The notes under the pieces: generated by a model | What the model saw: only the letters and a program-made list of their open reading frames with translations | Databases searched by the model: none | Told to the model about the DNA's origin: nothing | NCBI GenBank assembly: GCA_002402455.1 | Contig: DHFX01000006.1 | Coordinates: forward strand, 20,408-84,407 | Source: Candidatus Dojkabacteria bacterium UBA4813 | GTDB taxonomy: Bacteria > Patescibacteriota > Dojkabacteria > SC72 | Reading direction: 5' to 3' | DNA: 64,000 nucleotides | Program-made: the position numbers and the translations under genes | Part shown: positions 58,535-64,000 of the stretch, in pieces | Position numbering within the stretch: the first letter of the stretch is position 1 | Layout: each line of letters opens with the position of its first letter

Positions 58535-58981
58535 TTGTGTTACACTGTTTTTATGAGGAGGAGTAGGTTCTTAAAGTTTTTTTCATTTCTATTTTTTGTA
58601 TTTTCCGTTGCTTCGGCAGTTTCTATTTATGTCGTTTATTACCAGGAAGATACAGAGGATGTTTCTGAGAATGTTCTTGGAGTGAGGAATCCTACCGGAG
58701 TCCCATATATTATTAACCTTCCTCCGTTGGTTATTCAGGAGGGAGAAATGTACGAGTATAGGGTGAGGGCTTTGGATGGCGACACAGTAGCAGAAAATTT
58801 GGAATTGGAATATGTAGAAGGTCCTGAATGGCTCAAGTTAGAAGACTTTGTTCTCAAGGGTGTTGCTCCTAGTAGAAGTAAGGGTACATACAAAATTGTT
58901 TTGAAGGTTTCAGACGGGTATAATAGCTCTACTAAAGAGGATTATATATTAGTAGAGGGGAGTTTAGATAATGCCGAATAA
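58535..58981 (+). CDS. small exported protein with Ig/cadherin-like domain
   Basis: N-terminal hydrophobic anchor, then a beta-rich ~100-aa domain (YEYRVRALDGDTVAENLELEYVEGPEWL...GTYKIVLKVSDGYN). Confidence 0.4.
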   Translation: MCYTVFMRRSRFLKFFSFLFFVFSVASAVSIYVVYYQEDTEDVSENVLGVRNPTGVPYIINLPPLVIQEGEMYEYRVRALDGDTVAENLELEYVEGPEWLKLEDFVLKGVAPSRSKGTYKIVLKVSDGYNSSTKEDYILVEGSLDNAE

Positions 58982-59384
58982 AAAAAAGAAAGTTTACATC
59001 TTATCTGTTATGGCACTTTTGTTTCTAGCCTCTGGTCTTTTTTTGTTGTTTTCAAAGGGTGCTGATGAGTTAGAGGTGAAGGGTATAGCTGAAAAGGATT
59101 GTGTCCCATATAATATTTTTGTTATGCCGGGTGAGAATGATTATTCGGTTGATATATCTTGGAAGACGAGGTCTGAATGTCTAGGTTTTGTACTCTATGG
59201 TCAGAATAGAGGTAATTTAGATATGGTCGGGGTTGATCTTGTGAATAAGAGTAGTGCGAGGGATCATAGTGTGACAATTGATGGTCTTCTTAGGAAAGAG
59301 AGATATTATTTCTTAGTAAATTCACAGGATCAAGCTTATGGAGATAATGGCTCGCCTCTAGAATTTGTTATAGAGGATCTTTAA
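58971..59384 (+). CDS. small exported protein with FN3-like domain
   Basis: N-terminal anchor (VYILSVMALLFLASGLFLLF). The FN3-like strand pattern has a conserved W (DISWKTRSE) and Y (ERYYFLVNS). Overlaps the upstream gene by 11 nt. Confidence 0.4.
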   Translation: MPNKKKKVYILSVMALLFLASGLFLLFSKGADELEVKGIAEKDCVPYNIFVMPGENDYSVDISWKTRSECLGFVLYGQNRGNLDMVGVDLVNKSSARDHSVTIDGLLRKERYYFLVNSQDQAYGDNGSPLEFVIEDL

Positions 59385-61174
59385 GATTTCTTTTTCTTGT
59401 TTTTAGATACTTTTCTTACTAGTTTTGTTTCAAAGTACTTTTTGGGTTTGAATATTCTCCATGAGAACACCTCTGCTTCTTTGTAAGGTTGAGAGTTTAT
59501 TAACTTTACCATCATTGCTTGACCCATAGGTCTTGAGTAAATGTACCAACCGACTAGTACGGTAATAATCCCTAAGAGTATTCTTCCGATTACAGAATCG
59601 AAGATTCCTGTCTCGGGTGTTGTTTCAGAATCTGGTTCTTCAACAACTGGAGGAGTTTCCTCACTTGGTTGAGTACAACTTTGTGCTACATTTAGGACAA
59701 GTTCGGCTCTAAGTGTTTCTGGATCAGTTGGTATCTCTGCAGGTGTTATTACCACTTCATTCTGATTTTCTCCTGTTATTGCATCTTCACCTGCTTCCGA
59801 CATAAAGAGTATTGTTAATGATTGACCACTATTTACAGACCAACCTCCCGTTTTCTCCCAAACTATTTCCTGAGTATCTCCAATGTCTGTTATTGTTACA
59901 AATTCCGTGTCTTCTACTTTAACCCCATTTATCTTTGTCGAATCTGCTACGTATGTAAAACCGAGTGGTAGTTTGTCCTTAACTGAATAGATTATTTGAG
60001 CTGTGGTGCTGTCATTAACTGTTTTTAAAGTAAATTCTGCGACATTATTGGGTGTTACTCTTTCAACACAAGTTACATTCGAGGTCTTAGAAACCCTAAA
60101 TTTAGATTCTTGTGCTTGTTGTAATTCTTCGGAGGTAGGCTCTATTTGTGGGAAGTTAAAGGAGGTACTTACAGTACCTATAACTTCTGTGTCTGATCTG
60201 ACTTCCGCTGTTATTTCTATGTTTCCGACTTTTTTATCAAGTTGAGAAAAATTTAGATCGGTACTGAAGTTTTCACTATTATAAAGATCTTGCTCCAGTA
60301 TGGATATCTCACCCTTAGCACTATCTATTGTAAAACCATCTGTCATTGAAAGATCACCAGCCTCTGAATCCTCTAGTTTAAAGGAGAATCTTATTGTTAA
60401 TTGTGTACTATCTTCAATGTTTCCGATTCCTATTTTAATTGTAGAAACTTTGTAAGTGTCTTCAGCCTTTCTAGTTTGGACTTGTATGCTACTAACACTT
60501 GCAGAAGTTGTTTGTTCCACCTCTATAAGTCTTCTACAGATAGGGGAGTTTATTTGATTTGCACTGGCATCTGACGCTGTTGCAAAGATCTCTATGGTTG
60601 AGGTATCTAATTCGGTGTATGTTTTTGTTATGGTTAAGGAGTCTGGGGATATCGAGTCCGGTTGCACCTCTTGATTATTGATTACAAATTTGTGGTCCGT
60701 ATAGACATCGTCGAATTTCGCCTCAATAGTAAGCTCTTTCTCGTTTAGCGGAATTTTCCCTGTAACAATCTTCCCAGAGCTATCCTTTATTGTCATTTCG
60801 GTACATCTGCTATCTTGTACCACTGGTATAGTACAGATCTGGTAGAGGGCTTGCTGTGTTGTGCTGTTCAGTAGATTTGTTGAAAGGTTGTCAACAGAAC
60901 AAGGTGCACTACAAGTTTGGTCGCTAGGGACAGTATTTAATTCGAAGGAAAAACCTCTTCTAGGATCTCCACATTCTGGTACAACTTCTGGATCGATGTA
61001 ATAACAGGCACAGGTTGTCTCTGTTACGATTTGTTCTTTTGCTGGTTCTTCAAGGGTATAAAAATAAACTGCTGAGACAATAAGCCCTATGCCTAGAATA
61101 GCGGCGATTATGATTAATAAAGTAGTACTTTTTTTCTTTTCACTTGTGGTGGGAATCCTTCTAACTTCTTCCAT
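59381..61174 (-). CDS. large surface protein with N- and C-terminal TM anchors, Cys-rich module and DUF11-like repeat
   Basis: N-terminal signal anchor, a Cys-rich stretch (TTCACYYIDPEVVPECGDP...CSAPCS) and a DUF11-type motif (KDKLPLGFTYVADSTKINGV). A C-terminal TM helix is followed by a basic tail (KVSKNKKKKS). Confidence 0.5.
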   Translation of the reverse strand: MEEVRRIPTTSEKKKSTTLLIIIAAILGIGLIVSAVYFYTLEEPAKEQIVTETTCACYYIDPEVVPECGDPRRGFSFELNTVPSDQTCSAPCSVDNLSTNLLNSTTQQALYQICTIPVVQDSRCTEMTIKDSSGKIVTGKIPLNEKELTIEAKFDDVYTDHKFVINNQEVQPDSISPDSLTITKTYTELDTSTIEIFATASDASANQINSPICRRLIEVEQTTSASVSSIQVQTRKAEDTYKVSTIKIGIGNIEDSTQLTIRFSFKLEDSEAGDLSMTDGFTIDSAKGEISILEQDLYNSENFSTDLNFSQLDKKVGNIEITAEVRSDTEVIGTVSTSFNFPQIEPTSEELQQAQESKFRVSKTSNVTCVERVTPNNVAEFTLKTVNDSTTAQIIYSVKDKLPLGFTYVADSTKINGVKVEDTEFVTITDIGDTQEIVWEKTGGWSVNSGQSLTILFMSEAGEDAITGENQNEVVITPAEIPTDPETLRAELVLNVAQSCTQPSEETPPVVEEPDSETTPETGIFDSVIGRILLGIITVLVGWYIYSRPMGQAMMVKLINSQPYKEAEVFSWRIFKPKKYFETKLVRKVSKNKKKKS

Positions 61175-61275
61175 TAAGAGCAGTAAAAACTTATCTTCCC
61201 CTAAAGTTTAGTTTAATGTGGTAAGAGTGTCAACTCGAAAGGATATGCAATTTGTTTCTGAAAGGAGAAGGGTTT

Positions 61276-62217
61276 TCACAAAAATTGGCAAATTAAAGTA
61301 AGTCCTAGATTGGGTTCAATCTTTCCTGTCTTAATTTGGTAATCTAAGTTAGAAAGTTTAGAGTAGAGTAGTTTTATTTTCTCTTCAGAGTACTGCTTGG
61401 AAGCCCTTATTAGGGAAGGTGTTGTGAATGGGGGTATCTTTAGTAGCGAGGAGATTTCTCTATATCCCTTTCCATCTTCGTCCAACGTTTTAGTTAAGTA
61501 GAGTAGTCTTAGATTTCTTGCCAACATCGAGAGTATGTAATTTGCGTCTGTTTGTTGTAATGCGAGGTCCTCTAGGATTGTGATGCTTTTTTCTTTGTCT
61601 TGGATATTTATAGAGTCTGTCAGATCCCAGATTTTTTCTTCTAAAGTATCTGCCGTAAGCTCTTCGATATCTTTTTCTCTAATTATCTTGTTTTGGTTGT
61701 ATAACCTGAGTTTTTCTATCTCATTTTTGCATCTCTCTGGATCGTAGTTTGTTCTTTCCGCGAGCTTCTTTATAACGCTTTGGTCTATTTTGAGTTCATG
61801 TTTCTCTAGTTCTTTTCTTAGCCAAGTGAAGAAGGTTTTCTTATTAAGTTCGTTTAATTCCTCTATAGCTCTGTTTTTCTGGAAGAATTTGTAATATTTT
61901 GTATTTGATCTTATTTTTTGGTCTTCCCAGATTATTATGTGGTCATTACTTTTTCCTTCTTGAAGGATTTTTATAAGTACTTCTACTAAAAGATTTTTTT
62001 CTTTGTTTCTATATAGTCTTTTTATTAATATAGTCCTCTTTGTAGAGAAGAGGGATGGGGAAGCTAGAAAGTCAACTATTTCTTTTGAATCTTTTAAGTC
62101 TGCTTCTAGAATATCTATGCTAGTTAGGGTACTCTCCTTTTTTAGCTTGTCTATATGGGAGTGAACCGCCTCCAAAGAGAGATATGTTGAATTTCCATGG
62201 TAAAGTTTGTATTCCAC
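61276..62217 (-). CDS. holA: DNA polymerase III delta subunit
   Basis: HolA-like N-terminus (YKLYHGNSTYL...FLASPSLFSTKRTILIKRL) and overall length. Family assigned by pattern only. Confidence 0.55.
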   Translation of the reverse strand: MEYKLYHGNSTYLSLEAVHSHIDKLKKESTLTSIDILEADLKDSKEIVDFLASPSLFSTKRTILIKRLYRNKEKNLLVEVLIKILQEGKSNDHIIIWEDQKIRSNTKYYKFFQKNRAIEELNELNKKTFFTWLRKELEKHELKIDQSVIKKLAERTNYDPERCKNEIEKLRLYNQNKIIREKDIEELTADTLEEKIWDLTDSINIQDKEKSITILEDLALQQTDANYILSMLARNLRLLYLTKTLDEDGKGYREISSLLKIPPFTTPSLIRASKQYSEEKIKLLYSKLSNLDYQIKTGKIEPNLGLTLICQFL

Positions 62218-62219
62218 TT

Positions 62220-63665
62220 TTATTCTTCCTCGATTGTAATGTTACTTCCTACTAGTATTGTAACATCTTCACCGTTTAAGTTGGTTGTAATGTAATCGGG
62301 TGCAGTTTTTAAGTCTGTTTTGAGGTATTTGGAAAACTCTTGAACCGTACTGTTATTTTTGCCGTCTTCGTGGGAATAGACTATCACTTCCTCCTTATCA
62401 TCTCTTAATGTTCCTGCAAAAGAAATATTTAGGTATGGATAATCCTGGTTTATCTTCTCTGTTAGTTCCAAAACTGTTTTGTATCCAGCACCCGTGTCGT
62501 ATACGAGGACTCTGGCATTCTCTTCATAGAGAGCTGGTGTGTCCATTATTAGATGAATAAATTCATGTATATCCGTGTAATTCCCGTATCCTGCCTTAGG
62601 ACCTATTGCGTAGGCTCCACTCTCCATAGATTTGTTCTCAACTAAGGAGTAATTTCCAACGGATGGATCCAAAACGAATGAATAAGTCTTACCGGAGTTT
62701 TCATCAAATTTTTTAAGAAGTTCTAATCCAGCTTCTATATCATTTGTGGAAAATTCCGAAACTCTAATATTTCCATCTATGGAAGAGAGAATCCCAAAGA
62801 TTGTTTTTGGATTCGTTAGAGACTCGGAAGATAACAATTTATCCTTAAGTGCAATTATTACTTTCTGTTGTCTTTTTGCTCTGGCAAAGTCACTTCCTTC
62901 ATTGTTTTGTAGAGAGCGTCTGGATCTCGAATATATTAATGCTGTTTCTCCATCCATAGTCTGTGGACCCGCCTCAAAAGATATTGTTTGGTAACCGTCT
63001 CCTAGAGGATATAAATAATCTGTAAAGCTGTTTTCGACATTTATATCTATGCCTCCTATTGTGTCTATTATCTCCACAAAGGCCTTAAAGTCCACTATCG
63101 CGTAATACTGGATTTCCTGTCCTGTAACCCTCTCAACGGTGTCTTGAAGGGCTGTTATTCCAGTTCCTTCTTCCTTCTGTTCGGCAGTACTATATATGCT
63201 GTTGATTCTGTTGTACCAAGGTACTTCTCCCTCCACTTCAACATGGAAGTCTCTGGGTATAGAAAGTAGTGTTATGTTATTAGTCTCATAGTTGTAAGAG
63301 GCCATTATGATGGTATCTGTGTTTAGTAATCCACTATTTTCTCTAGTATCTAATCCTACTAGTAAAACATTTGTAAATTTCCCCGTAGGATCTTTTTTCA
63401 AAGTTTTCTCTTCTCTTCCTAATAATTCTTCTGGTTTCAATCTAAAACCAAAATCATGGGAGAATATGTACCCTTTGTAAATTAAAAATCCAAGACCTAG
63501 GAGAAGAAGGGTGACAATTGTTAGAATTACTGTTTTTTTCTTTTTACTTTTCTTTGTGCCTTTCTCCTTTGGGGAAAGGTTTTCTTCTTTGATTCCTTTA
63601 GCCTTTTTCTTAGGGTTGTTTGGGATATTCAGGCTACTATCTTTTAAATCTATATCTATAGTCAT
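62220..63665 (-). CDS. LytR-CpsA-Psr (LCP) family cell-wall polymer transferase
   Basis: N-terminal TM helix, an LCP core (LLVGLDTRENSGLLNTDTIIMASYN...LLSIPRDFHVEV...YYAIVDFKAFVEIIDTIGGIDINVE) and an extra C-terminal domain. Confidence 0.8.
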   Translation of the reverse strand: MTIDIDLKDSSLNIPNNPKKKAKGIKEENLSPKEKGTKKSKKKKTVILTIVTLLLLGLGFLIYKGYIFSHDFGFRLKPEELLGREEKTLKKDPTGKFTNVLLVGLDTRENSGLLNTDTIIMASYNYETNNITLLSIPRDFHVEVEGEVPWYNRINSIYSTAEQKEEGTGITALQDTVERVTGQEIQYYAIVDFKAFVEIIDTIGGIDINVENSFTDYLYPLGDGYQTISFEAGPQTMDGETALIYSRSRRSLQNNEGSDFARAKRQQKVIIALKDKLLSSESLTNPKTIFGILSSIDGNIRVSEFSTNDIEAGLELLKKFDENSGKTYSFVLDPSVGNYSLVENKSMESGAYAIGPKAGYGNYTDIHEFIHLIMDTPALYEENARVLVYDTGAGYKTVLELTEKINQDYPYLNISFAGTLRDDKEEVIVYSHEDGKNNSTVQEFSKYLKTDLKTAPDYITTNLNGEDVTILVGSNITIEEE

Positions 63666-63677
63666 TTAAACAGATTA

Positions 63678-64000
63678 TTACTTTAGGTATTTATTAATAT
63701 TCTCGTTGTGTTCATCCAAAGTTTCAGCATAATGGGCATTCCCATCGGTGTCATGGATGTAATAGTAGTAGTTAGTTTCTACTGGGTTCCAAATTGCTTC
63801 TATTGATTGTAATCCCGGATTACAGATTGGGGTGGGAGGAAGTCCGATGTTTTTATAAGTATTGTAAGGATTGTTATTCTCTTTTACCTCCTGTGTTATT
63901 GGGTGTTTCCAATCTTTTAAAGGATAAAGTAGAGTGGCATCTGTCTGTAATAACCAGCCTTCTTTAAATCTCTTAAGAATTATACCAGCTATGATTGGTC
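63678..64000 (-). CDS. mltG: endolytic murein transglycosylase MltG/YceG (C-terminal part; 5' end outside window)
   Basis: The reverse frame reads ...NPYNTYKNIGLPPTPICNPGLQSIEAIWNPVETNYYYYIHDTDGNAHYAETLDEHNENINKYLK*, which matches the conserved YceG C-terminal block. Not listed in the ORF track because it is truncated. Confidence 0.6.
   Translation of the reverse strand, partial: PIIAGIILKRFKEGWLLQTDATLLYPLKDWKHPITQEVKENNNPYNTYKNIGLPPTPICNPGLQSIEAIWNPVETNYYYYIHDTDGNAHYAETLDEHNENINKYLK

Noticed and set aside
58535-58600. Twin-arginine (Tat) signal in the 148-aa exported protein (MRRSRFLKFF)
   Set aside because: The spacing is RR-xx-FLK rather than S/T-RR-x-FLK, and no Tat machinery was seen. 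It is more likely an ordinary Sec signal anchor with an alternative start.

Overview
This is a low-GC, gene-dense bacterial chromosome segment read in the standard code; all long ORFs are intact without UGA recoding. Shine-Dalgarno usage is weak, the aminoacyl-tRNA synthetases are short, and many genes encode membrane or surface hypotheticals with acidic or low-complexity tails. Several convergent gene pairs have abutting or overlapping stops. Together this is consistent with a small-genome CPR/Patescibacteria-like organism (inference). Core genes include valS (5' partial) and metG, rpoD divergent from a small zinc-ribbon gene, and a ~12-kb nine-gene minus-strand array (ftsK, rodZ-like, dnaG, methyltransferase, ksgA, membrane protein, GT4 transferase, PEGA protein, 998-aa envelope protein). 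rpoB-rpoC-rpsL-rpsG is followed by a convergent GT2 gene instead of fusA/tuf. hrcA-grpE-dnaK and murJ-groES-groEL are each preceded by a degenerate CIRCE-like operator. Further along are an ABC exporter-folD-glyA-thyX-like-dcd array, recF-lepA-rpsT, a surface-protein trio, holA, an LCP protein and mltG (partial). The stretch at ~46.6-54.2 kb looks accessory: a single-pass surface protein, a Lon-family AAA+ module with no peptidase domain, a minimal VirB4/PrgI-like type IV secretion-like cluster, and a solitary nucleotidyltransferase-fold gene. No rRNA, tRNA, CRISPR array, integrase or transposase was recognised by eye.
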